DNA of 44,016 nucleotides from Anaerolineales bacterium (GTDB taxonomy: Bacteria; Chloroflexota; Anaerolineae; Anaerolineales; UBA11579), in NCBI GenBank assembly GCA_037383445.1, contig JARROY010000013.1:1-44016 (forward strand), read 5' to 3'. The number at the start of each line of letters is the position of its first letter. Position 1 is the first letter of the stretch. Below the pieces are notes generated by a model. It had not been told where the DNA came from and made no database searches. It worked only from the letters and a program-made list of their open reading frames with translations. The position numbers and the translations under genes were made by a program. Shown one piece after another: positions 26,012 through 33,986 of the stretch.

Positions 26012-26794
26012 CTAGACAGCTGGACCTGTGAGCAGGATCGTCTTCTGTCGTCCAGAAGCGGGATGCATCAGGTTGGCTTTATCTTTTCGGTGGGGAAGGT
26101 TGCATGCATGGCCAAGTTCGTGTGCGGTGGTGAATAAGTGCCGGGATTCAACCGTAACATAATCAGATAACCAGCCTAGGGAACATCCGGCAAACCCAAC
26201 GATTTCTTGAACTACAAACACCGTCACTGGAGCGCCATAACCGGTCAGGCGGCGAACACCGGACTGGAAGAAAGCACCAAGGGTGTGATATTGAAATAGC
26301 GTTCCCGGCAGCCCGATGTCCTGCAGCATAGCAGGGAGGTTGCAACCCACCTCTAATATTTTGGCAGATGCCGGTTTATCCAATGTCCGTACCCAAAGCG
26401 AACTTTCAGGAAATTCACCGGATTCCGAGAGTTTTTTCGGGCGTGGAAAAGCCGGAAGAATGTCAACCTTGGCCTGAGAATAAATTTCTTGGGCTTTGCG
26501 CACCGCAGGAAGGACAGATTCTTCTGAGGTGAGTGGTTGATTGTCCTTATCCCGTAGGATGATGAAACCGATTCTATATTTTTTTACAGGCCGGACATTT
26601 AACTTCCAACCCAAATATTCGAACAGACCAAAGAGAAAATACACTAAGGTGATAAGAGAATTCCAAACCCATTTAATGGCACGCCCCAATACAGGGATGC
26701 AGAAAACGAGATCTATCAGTGCAGCCACTGCATTTGGAAGGAGCATTAGAATTTGGGTGGGGGTAAGTTTTTTAAGCGTTATTTGGGATCTCAT
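26012..26794 (-). CDS. Membrane-anchored zinc metalloprotease-like protein (metzincin-like HExxHxxNxxH)
   Basis: 260 aa with 2 N-terminal TM helices. The C-terminal region holds HELGHACNLPH followed by ANLMHP, a candidate Met-turn. Confidence 0.6.
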   Translation of the reverse strand: MRSQITLKKLTPTQILMLLPNAVAALIDLVFCIPVLGRAIKWVWNSLITLVYFLFGLFEYLGWKLNVRPVKKYRIGFIILRDKDNQPLTSEESVLPAVRKAQEIYSQAKVDILPAFPRPKKLSESGEFPESSLWVRTLDKPASAKILEVGCNLPAMLQDIGLPGTLFQYHTLGAFFQSGVRRLTGYGAPVTVFVVQEIVGFAGCSLGWLSDYVTVESRHLFTTAHELGHACNLPHRKDKANLMHPASGRQKTILLTGPAV

Positions 26795-26991
26795 TGGGAC
26801 GTAAGCCTTTTCACGATAGAAAAAGGATGGAAAAATATTCTAATGACCCAATTATAGTATGAAATCCTGCAACCTAAACACCCGTTTGTCCGTATATAAT
26901 AATGACAGAGGAGAATCAATGTCCGATTCTTGATTCTGGATTGTTTAAAAACCTTCGGTCCTAAACAGACCAATTAACTAGGAGAAGAAAG

Positions 26992-27522
26992 ATGACGAAG
27001 CGAGGTCAACAATTTCTAGCACTTTTTTTGATAGCTCTTGGGCTGCTCTATATGGCAGCAAATTTCTTTGAAAATATTGATGCCGGCGCATTATTTTGGC
27101 CATTAGCGTTAATTCTGCTTGGTGCGGTCTTAATCTTTCGGCCCAAATCAATCGCCCCAGAGAACGCAGAGCACTATTTTGCCCGAGATATTAATTTGGG
27201 CAGTGAATGGAAACCCGGGGACAAAGAAGTAAGGATGTTCGCTGGTGATATCGACATTGATTTGAGAAGGATGGATTTGAGTCCAGGGGAAAATCACTAT
27301 TGGGTAAAATTCTTTGCCGGAGATATCACCGTTGATGTGCCGGAAGAGGTGGGTTTCAAGGTCGATTCGACAGGTTTTGTGGTAGAAGCGAAAATTGATG
27401 GCGATTCGACCAGCAATATCATGACTGGATATCATTACACGAGCGATAATTTTGATACTGCTGATAAAAAATTCATCTTACATACAGCGGCGTTTGCTGT
27501 GGATCTAAAAATCCGGTCCTAA
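26992..27522 (+). CDS. LiaF-like (DUF2154/cell-wall-active antibiotic response) membrane protein
   Basis: Two N-terminal TM helices, then repeated FAGDIDIDL / FAGDITVDV beta-helix-like segments as in the LiaF C-terminal domain. A strong RBS (AGGAGAAG) precedes it. Confidence 0.6.
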   Translation: MTKRGQQFLALFLIALGLLYMAANFFENIDAGALFWPLALILLGAVLIFRPKSIAPENAEHYFARDINLGSEWKPGDKEVRMFAGDIDIDLRRMDLSPGENHYWVKFFAGDITVDVPEEVGFKVDSTGFVVEAKIDGDSTSNIMTGYHYTSDNFDTADKKFILHTAAFAVDLKIRS

Positions 27523-27534
27523 TAGTTAATCATC

Positions 27535-27576
27535 GAAATCAGAGCGGAAAATTCAATTTCTGCTCTGATTTCATTT
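27535..27576 (+). terminator. Hairpin and probable terminator after the LiaF-like gene
   Basis: 11-bp stem GAAATCAGAGC (27535-27545) / GCTCTGATTTC (27562-27572) with a weak ATTT tail. Confidence 0.5.
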
Positions 27577-27700
27577 AATGGTTTTACTTGCAACCTCATT
27601 TTTAAATGATGGGGGGATGACGGCATCTTTGTTTGTTGAAGATTATTGATGAGTAACAAATCACGTTCTGTCAATAAGGTCAACATGATCTAAATACTAA

Positions 27701-27726
27701 CCGCAGACCTGTTAAAGAGTCTGCGG
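27701..27726. terminator. Hairpin between convergent genes, a possible terminator
   Basis: CCGCAGAC (27701-27708) / GTCTGCGG (27719-27726). T-rich tails are weak on both strands. Confidence 0.4.
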
Positions 27727-27770
27727 TTCTAAAATTTGTCTAATCTTTGTAAGGGTACTTGATTTTGTGC

Positions 27771-28121
27771 TTATCTGAAAAAGAACAAGTAAATTCCCGC
27801 ACCGATTAATGCCAGCGGGAATACAAAACTCCATGCAATGTTGAAGAATAGGCTAAACGCTAGAATAATCAACATCAGTCCCCAAAAAGCTGTATTTCGG
27901 CTGTCGTGACTCTGGTCATATTGGAAGCGTCGCCATCCTCTTACAACCATATTCAATCCGGGAACCAAGATAAAAACTGCCCACCAGTTTGTCAGGTTGA
28001 TGTTAAGTATGTTGAAGGTATCCAACAAAAATAACAGCCCAATTAAAATGAGGGCGATACCTAAAGCCCAATTATTGTTATTAAATTTCCAATCTTTTCC
28101 ATTATCGTTTTGTTCACTCAT
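27771..28121 (-). CDS. Small polytopic membrane protein (LiaI/LiaF-TM, DUF5668-like)
   Basis: Start chosen at ATG 28121 (MSEQNDNGKDWKF...). 116 aa with 4 TM helices. Confidence 0.6.
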   Translation of the reverse strand: MSEQNDNGKDWKFNNNNWALGIALILIGLLFLLDTFNILNINLTNWWAVFILVPGLNMVVRGWRRFQYDQSHDSRNTAFWGLMLIILAFSLFFNIAWSFVFPLALIGAGIYLFFFR

Positions 28122-28292
28122 TGGTATCTCCATTAGTATTTGATCGAATTTGTTTAATAATACGCAAAACTTTAAGGAAAGTTGCACATTGTTCACAAAA
28201 CTTGGTACTATTCTTGCACCAATAGAGTCGTGTTTGACAGGCAGAAACATAAATATGAGATTTTGTACTGAATTCTTTGCTGAGGTATTTTT

Positions 28293-28958
28293 ATGATCTG
28301 GTCGAAAATGAATAAGACCCTCCTTTTTTCAATCATTTTGCTTTTCTCGACGATCCTCAGCGGATGCAACCTACCGGGAATGCAATCGAATACGGCCTCG
28401 GCAAACACACCTAATTTATTGTTTGAAGATAGTTTTTCCAACCCAAATAGCGGCTGGGAAGTCAGTTCTCAGGGCGGTTTAAAAGATTATTACAATGGTA
28501 CTTACCATATCCAAATTACTGAAACCAATATCTTTTCCTGGAGTGTTGCCCAGCAGTCCTCTGGAGATATTGTTATAAGTGTAGATTCTGCATTCACCGG
28601 TCCAGCCAACATGGCAGAAATCGGGGTAATTTGCAGAATGCAAAACAGTCAAGATTTTTATTTTATGACCATTCGATCGGATGGTGCTTATGCAGTGTTC
28701 AAAATGTACCAAGGGAATGAATTCTTTATCGGGATGGATGGTTATGAATTCACTGAGGCGATTCGAACTGGCCTGAGCACGAACCATATTGAGGCAGAAT
28801 GCAGGGGAGAAAATCTGAGCCTTGTAGTCAACAACGAGCATCTTATCACCGTTCAAGATTCCAGCTACCAGGTTGGGGATGTCGGGATACTGGCAGGGGC
28901 ATACGATGAGCCTGGGGTGAACGTTTATTTTGATAATTTCCGAGTCTTTCAACCATAA
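28293..28958 (+). CDS. Lipoprotein, ConA/LamG-like jelly-roll (DUF1080-like)
   Basis: Signal peptide plus lipobox (LFSTILSGC) and a C-terminal ...VYFDNFRVFQP typical of this beta-sandwich family. GAGG lies 8 nt upstream of ATG 28293. Confidence 0.6.
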   Translation: MIWSKMNKTLLFSIILLFSTILSGCNLPGMQSNTASANTPNLLFEDSFSNPNSGWEVSSQGGLKDYYNGTYHIQITETNIFSWSVAQQSSGDIVISVDSAFTGPANMAEIGVICRMQNSQDFYFMTIRSDGAYAVFKMYQGNEFFIGMDGYEFTEAIRTGLSTNHIEAECRGENLSLVVNNEHLITVQDSSYQVGDVGILAGAYDEPGVNVYFDNFRVFQP

Positions 28959-29170
28959 AATTGATTTAAATCCATAAAACCACCTAAATACAGAATAAAT
29001 TAACCTCTGCCCCTACCAGGGATATTTACTGGTTCTATATCGTTTTAGATTGGGTGAATACAACCGCTGAGAAAAACTGGATTTATTGTCAATAGATCTA
29101 TTATGGTTTTTAATTCTCACATTATTTGGATACTTTTTTTATGTGGTAACCTTAGGTTGGAGACCAAATT

Positions 29171-29827
29171 ATGGTGAACGAGAGCATTCAGATTTTAGCT
29201 GTGAGCGACCAGGTTGTGGACAGGCTTTACAGTCCACATATAAAAAATATGTTTCCTGATGTCGAGATTATTTTGAGCTGTGGTGATCTTCCGTTTTATT
29301 ATTTGGAATACATGCTTGATGTGCTGAATGTTCGTATGTATTTCGTTCATGGTAATCACGATCCTGAGGTAGAAATCAACGACCGCGGGAATCGATACCA
29401 GCCTTGGGGAGCCGAAAATATTCACTGCAGAATCATTGAACATGAAGGAATGATTATCTTAGGGTTTGAAGGATCAATCCGTTATTCGGATGCAAAACAT
29501 CAGTACTCGCAGTTTGAAGTTTGGATGCAGGTATTAAGAATGGTTCCGTCTCTGCTTTGGAAACGGATCATTCGTGGTCGTTTTTTGGATATCCTCATAA
29601 CTCACTCTCCAGCTTTGGGTTTGGGAGATGCTGACGACCCAGCCCACATCGGATTTAAAGCCTACCGCTGGCTTTTAAAAGTTTTCAAGCCTCGTTACCA
29701 TTTACATGGTCATGTTCATGTCTATGATCGAAATGACCGGAAACCACGAATCTTCCATGAGACGACCATCTTGAACGTTAGCTCTTTTATTCGATTGGAA
29801 TTTCCATTAGGAGTGACCCGTGAGTGA
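29171..29827 (+). CDS. Calcineurin-like metallophosphoesterase
   Basis: Motifs ILAVSD, SCGDL, VHGNHD, THSP and LHGHVH. 218 aa. Confidence 0.85.
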   Translation: MVNESIQILAVSDQVVDRLYSPHIKNMFPDVEIILSCGDLPFYYLEYMLDVLNVRMYFVHGNHDPEVEINDRGNRYQPWGAENIHCRIIEHEGMIILGFEGSIRYSDAKHQYSQFEVWMQVLRMVPSLLWKRIIRGRFLDILITHSPALGLGDADDPAHIGFKAYRWLLKVFKPRYHLHGHVHVYDRNDRKPRIFHETTILNVSSFIRLEFPLGVTRE

Positions 29828-30725
29828 ATTTGGTGGACGTGATCGGGTAGCAGCGATCCAAAGATTCAGGCAGGCCAGACGAAAGGCTGATCTGGTTGCT
29901 TTGCTTTCCAAGCTAACCGGTAAACGGGAAGATCTGTTACCCTTTGATGAGGTGCGAAAAACACTGTCTTTGACGCATCCAAAACGAGAAGAACTGCGAG
30001 ATATTCCTTTAGATTCAATAGTAGGCAGCGTGAACCGGTACTATGATTTCACTCGCCAGTTCTATCCTTTGGATGATAGTGATCAAGATCGTTGGGCTCG
30101 AGTTAATCAATTGGTTGAGGAAAAAGGCTTAGATCCGATTGAGGTTTACCAGGTTGGGGATGTTTATTTTGTCATGGATGGAAACCACCGGGTTTCTGTT
30201 GCCCGCCAAATGGGTTCCAAGACGATTCAGGCATATGTCAAGGAATTCAGCTCGGCGGTGGAAGTCAAACCCGAGGATGATATTTTAGATGTAGTTCTCC
30301 GGCTTGAGCATAAAGAACTCATGGAGGAAACAAAGCTGGATAAAGTAAGACCAGAGATTGATTTCAAGGTTACGGTGGTCAATCGGTATAATGAGATCAA
30401 GGAACATATTGCTGTACACCGGTATTATCTCAGTCAGGAACAGCACCGAGAAGTTCCAATTGAAGAAGCTGCGGCCAGTTGGGTGGATAATTATTACCTT
30501 CCGGGGATAAGAGTCATCCGGGATCATGGGATTTTGCAGGATTTTCCTGGCCGGACCGAGACGGACCTGTATCTATGGCTGAGAAAACATCAATCGGAGC
30601 TTGAAGAGTCTCTAAATCAACAGATTACCGATCATGACGCTGCCCATGATTTATCAGAGCGGTTTGGTCAAAGGCTATGGCAAAAAATTAACCGTTTCTT
30701 TTCAAACCTGGTCAAAAGAGATTAG
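29820..30725 (+). CDS. ParB/Srx-fold domain protein with a helical C-terminal domain (possibly DUF4032-like)
   Basis: The GTG start overlaps the phosphoesterase stop by 8 nt. The ParB N-terminal-like core is IPLDSIVGS...VGDVYFVMDGNHRVSVARQMG. The C-terminal HRYYLSQEQHREVPIEEAAASW segment has an uncertain family assignment. Confidence 0.65.
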   Translation: MSEFGGRDRVAAIQRFRQARRKADLVALLSKLTGKREDLLPFDEVRKTLSLTHPKREELRDIPLDSIVGSVNRYYDFTRQFYPLDDSDQDRWARVNQLVEEKGLDPIEVYQVGDVYFVMDGNHRVSVARQMGSKTIQAYVKEFSSAVEVKPEDDILDVVLRLEHKELMEETKLDKVRPEIDFKVTVVNRYNEIKEHIAVHRYYLSQEQHREVPIEEAAASWVDNYYLPGIRVIRDHGILQDFPGRTETDLYLWLRKHQSELEESLNQQITDHDAAHDLSERFGQRLWQKINRFFSNLVKRD

Positions 30726-30757
30726 GATGGGTGATAGGATTCAAAAAGATACGAACT

Positions 30758-30785
30758 AAAAAGGGAAGCCCACGCTTCCCTTTTG
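30758..30785. terminator. Bidirectional intrinsic terminator
   Basis: AAAAGGGAAGC (30759-30769) / GCTTCCCTTTT (30774-30784) lies between convergent genes, with A/T runs on both sides. Confidence 0.75.
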
Positions 30786-30823
30786 TCTTGATTTAGAGAT
30801 ACGCATTGTCTCAATGTTCCAAA

Positions 30824-32353
30824 TTATTGGACATTGTAATAATTGTAAACTGCCTCCGAAAGATCTCCCATTAACTTTGACATTGGGTCCCAAACCAATT
30901 GAACGGGATGAGAAAAATATATGGCGAGCACATAATCCCCACTGGGGGTGTAGACAATTCCCGCATCGCCAATGGTTCGGATAGCGCCAGTGGTAACATC
31001 CGAAACCCAGCCGTGTTTGTGGGCAACACGGGTGCTGTCTGGCACACCTGCTTCAATCAGGAACGGGGTGTTATTTCGAGTGAGGGTCTCAATCATATCA
31101 ATACATTCGGATTGGGTAATTTGATTGGGAAAAACGGCTAATAATGTGCCTCCCCCATATTCTGCACACTCATAAATATCTGACAGGAGCATGCCAATAT
31201 CAGAAACCGTGGTCTGGCTGTAGGGGTCGGGGTCTGTGTCAAGGTCTGTTCGTGTTTGGGCGGGAGTTTCGTAATAGGTAAGTAATGGCGATCCAACTCG
31301 AAAATACCCGGCAAGGAAAGTATTTTCCAGACCCAATGCACGCATCCGTTCCGTGACCACTAACGGGCCTGAATTGAGGTTGATAAATTGCTCCATCAAC
31401 CAATCGGCGGGATCGTTTCCTGATTCTTCAATCATGCCTGCGATAAGATTCAAAGCCTCTTCTGGATAAGGTTCTTTAAGTATTGTATAGGCTGTCACCA
31501 AAATCGGTATTTTTATGATACTGGAGGCGGTAAATGCCAGGTCTGGTTCGGTGGGATATTCCGTTTTGTCCGAGTAGATGAAGTGAATTTCTTGGGCCGT
31601 TTGCATGTCCATGAGATAGACGCCGGCAATGCCATCGAATTCAGCCACATCCAGGATTTGCTTGAGGAGGATCTCCAAATTTTCAAAAGCGGTCCTACCC
31701 GGTTGGCTTTGTTGTAAGGGCAGATCAACTTCGCGTCTTGTCGCAGAAAACAATGCATTTTCAATCTGAAAAACGGCCCGATCTAGGGCAATCGTGGTGC
31801 CTGTCTGGCCGGGTTGGAAAACAACTGAACCAACTTGCGGACGGGCGGCAATCGCGGGTTGGTCATACCGCTTGGCAACTTCTGTTTGCAGGTAATCGCG
31901 CAGGAGTTGCTCGGAATAATTCGCATTAAGGGGGACTGAGATGGGCTCTTTTTCTTCATTCCAAACAAATCGCCAAAACTCATTCCAGAAAGGACCGCCA
32001 ATGCGGGTGATATCGGCTAAGGCCAGCATGCTCTCGAGCTCCAGTTTGAATCCGATCACATTTGGATTCAACTGGATGACAGCATCCTGGTAGTGTAATT
32101 CTACAGGTAGGCTGAACACTTCCCTTAAACGTGAAGCAGCCTGATCTCTGGTCAAACCGCCAATTGGAACTCCCCCAATATCCATATTAGTAGGGTAGGT
32201 GATCCTGGACCTGCTGAACATAATGAGTTGTATTGTGAGCAGAATGATTGAAAGCAGCAGGAACACCACTGAAATCCAACGGAGAATGACTCCGCTTCTT
32301 CTAATTCGCACTGATTTTACTCCTAGCATACCTTGTAGGATGCAAAATGACAT
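30824..32353 (-). CDS. Membrane-anchored serine hydrolase, class A beta-lactamase-like fold
   Basis: N-terminal TM helix (ISVVFLLLSIILLTIQLIMF), SxxK motif in TASSIIKIPIL and a late KHGW (KTG-like) element. The start is uncertain: 32353, 32329 or 32416. Confidence 0.65.
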   Translation of the reverse strand: MSFCILQGMLGVKSVRIRRSGVILRWISVVFLLLSIILLTIQLIMFSRSRITYPTNMDIGGVPIGGLTRDQAASRLREVFSLPVELHYQDAVIQLNPNVIGFKLELESMLALADITRIGGPFWNEFWRFVWNEEKEPISVPLNANYSEQLLRDYLQTEVAKRYDQPAIAARPQVGSVVFQPGQTGTTIALDRAVFQIENALFSATRREVDLPLQQSQPGRTAFENLEILLKQILDVAEFDGIAGVYLMDMQTAQEIHFIYSDKTEYPTEPDLAFTASSIIKIPILVTAYTILKEPYPEEALNLIAGMIEESGNDPADWLMEQFINLNSGPLVVTERMRALGLENTFLAGYFRVGSPLLTYYETPAQTRTDLDTDPDPYSQTTVSDIGMLLSDIYECAEYGGGTLLAVFPNQITQSECIDMIETLTRNNTPFLIEAGVPDSTRVAHKHGWVSDVTTGAIRTIGDAGIVYTPSGDYVLAIYFSHPVQLVWDPMSKLMGDLSEAVYNYYNVQ

Positions 32354-32555
32354 CCTAACATGATAGTCTTCAATTTGGCAGTATATCACGGAATCTTGGA
32401 ATGTAATCCTTGGCAAATCGAACGAAATCTTGAACCCAAGGATTATTTTCCAATTACGTTATCAGAGATTGGAGAAGTCCACAGTTTAAATAATTTTGTG
32501 CTAGAATTCTCGCGGATGGTTTCACAAACGAATATACCAAAGAGGAAGATCAGAT

Positions 32556-33518
32556 ATGCTGCGTTCGTTTCTAATTTATCTCTCTCAAGCGGATTGGATG
32601 CGCCGTCGAGTGATGGCCTGGAAGATAGCTCGAAAGGTAGCATTGCGTTTTGTGGCTGGAGAAACACTTGAAGATGCGATTAAGGTAGTAAAAGAATTGA
32701 ATTCGGGGGGTATGTACGCAACAATGGATCAATTAGGTGAGCATACCCTGACGGTAGATCAGGCGAAAAAGACCACCCAAGACTTGTGCCATATCTTGAA
32801 TACAATTGATGAGTCTGGAATCCGATCTGGATTATCCGTCAAGCTCACCCAAATTGGGCTGTTGATAGATGAAGTATTATGTGCCGAGAACCTCATCCAA
32901 ATTTTGACCCTTGCTCGGGAAAAGAATATCTTTTTGCGTATAGACATGGAAGATTCTAGTTGTATTGATGCTACTTTTCGGATTTATTGGAAGATGCGTC
33001 AAGAATTTGAGTTTGAAAATGTGGGTATGGTTATCCAATCCTATCTTTATCGCAGTCAACAGGATGTAAAGGAATTACTGTCTGCTGACACTAAAATTCG
33101 TCTGGTTAAGGGGGCCTATAAAGAACCAGACGAAATCGCCTATCCCAAAAAATCGGATGTTGATCAGTCCTTTGACCTTATCACACGAATGCTGCTCGAC
33201 CATGCCAAACGTGAGGACTCTCCTCCTGTTAGCAATGATGGTAAATGGCCCCCTGTTACCGCCATTGGCACTCATGATAAAACCCTAATCGATTCCGCCA
33301 TCCGGTATGCTGAAGAAATTGGGGTGCCCAAAGTAAAGCTGGAGATTCAGATGCTCTATGGAATCCGTCGGGACTTACAGCAAGAACTTGCATCCCGAGG
33401 ATACCCTGTTAGGGTTTATGTGCCCTTTGGATCGGAATGGTATCCCTATTTTATGCGCAGGTTAGCGGAGCGGCCTGCTAATTTATGGTTCTTTATTTCT
33501 AGCTACTTCAAGAAATAA
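32556..33518 (+). CDS. Proline dehydrogenase (monofunctional PutA-like)
   Basis: N-terminus RFVAGETLEDAIKVVKELN and core RLVKGAY, with a C-terminal RRLAERPANL. The GAGGAAG RBS and an extended -10 (TGCTAGAAT, 32499-32507) lie upstream. Confidence 0.85.
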   Translation: MLRSFLIYLSQADWMRRRVMAWKIARKVALRFVAGETLEDAIKVVKELNSGGMYATMDQLGEHTLTVDQAKKTTQDLCHILNTIDESGIRSGLSVKLTQIGLLIDEVLCAENLIQILTLAREKNIFLRIDMEDSSCIDATFRIYWKMRQEFEFENVGMVIQSYLYRSQQDVKELLSADTKIRLVKGAYKEPDEIAYPKKSDVDQSFDLITRMLLDHAKREDSPPVSNDGKWPPVTAIGTHDKTLIDSAIRYAEEIGVPKVKLEIQMLYGIRRDLQQELASRGYPVRVYVPFGSEWYPYFMRRLAERPANLWFFISSYFKK

Positions 33519-33616
33519 CTGCACATTAGCAGCATCAGGTGGCTGCCAAAGTTGATACAAGCTTTCAGAAGAATCTAAATTTTTGTATCTAAAGTCCTTA
33601 ATTTTCGGATGTTCTC

Positions 33617-33645
33617 TTGACAGAATAATCCTAGTGATTTAAAAT
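33617..33645 (+). promoter_or_regulatory. Near-consensus sigma70 promoter of the metal-resistance operon
   Basis: TTGACA (33617-33622), a 17-nt spacer, then TAAAAT (33640-33645). Confidence 0.65.
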
Positions 33646-33650
33646 ACATA

Positions 33651-33674
33651 ATATATGAATAGTTGTTCATATAT
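33651..33674 (+). promoter_or_regulatory. Candidate ArsR/SmtB-family operator
   Basis: Perfect 9-6-9 inverted repeat ATATATGAA-TAGTTG-TTCATATAT starting 5 nt downstream of the -10. It has the TGAA...TTCA core seen in SmtB/CzrA/CadC operators. Confidence 0.6.
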
Positions 33675-33695
33675 TTGAATATAAAAGGTATAAAT

Positions 33696-33983
33696 ATGAT
33701 TGACGATGCAAATGCTGCGGCACTAGCGGAATTATTCAGGGCATTCAGTGAACCCAGCCGATTGAAAATCATTTCAGTTTTGGCAGAAGCCGAATTAAAT
33801 GTCAGTTCGATTGCCGAGCGGGTAGGATTATCCGAATCGGCAACTTCTCATCATCTGCGCGGGCTGAGGCAAATGGGTCTTGTCCGGGCCAAGAAAGTGG
33901 GCCGGCAAGTTTTTTATTCGCTGTTGGATGAGCATGTGCTTCAACTTTATCGTATTGGAAAAGAACATATTCTTCACGGGTGA
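33696..33983 (+). CDS. ArsR/SmtB-family metalloregulator, alpha5-site (CzrA/SmtB-like) type
   Basis: wHTH region is SRLKIISVLAEAELNVSSIAERVGLSESATSHHLRGLR. There is no alpha3 Cys pair. The C-terminal LDEHVLQLYRIGKEHILH gives D-x-H-x10-H-x2-H spacing, identical to the CzrA alpha5 Zn site. Confidence 0.8.
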   Translation: MIDDANAAALAELFRAFSEPSRLKIISVLAEAELNVSSIAERVGLSESATSHHLRGLRQMGLVRAKKVGRQVFYSLLDEHVLQLYRIGKEHILHG

Positions 33984-33986
33984 TAC

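Noticed and set aside
27523-27770. The long intergenic spacers (27523-27770, 28959-29170, 13389-13602, 42074-42281) were inspected for tRNA, small RNA, riboswitch, CRISPR repeats or miniature mobile elements.
   Set aside because: I could find no cloverleaf-compatible sequence, no repeated spacer-repeat periodicity, no terminal inverted repeats with target duplications and no recognisable riboswitch cores. Only terminator hairpins and promoter-like hexamers were seen. A covariance-model scan would be needed to be definitive.
28479-28952. A 157-aa ORF on the minus strand. Other long antisense ORFs were treated the same way (22335..22754, 23234..23731, 42971..43426, 14477..14881, 40396..40815).
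   Set aside because: Each is embedded antisense in a gene with strong homology or signal-peptide evidence. None has a plausible RBS, promoter or motif. I consider them shadow ORFs.
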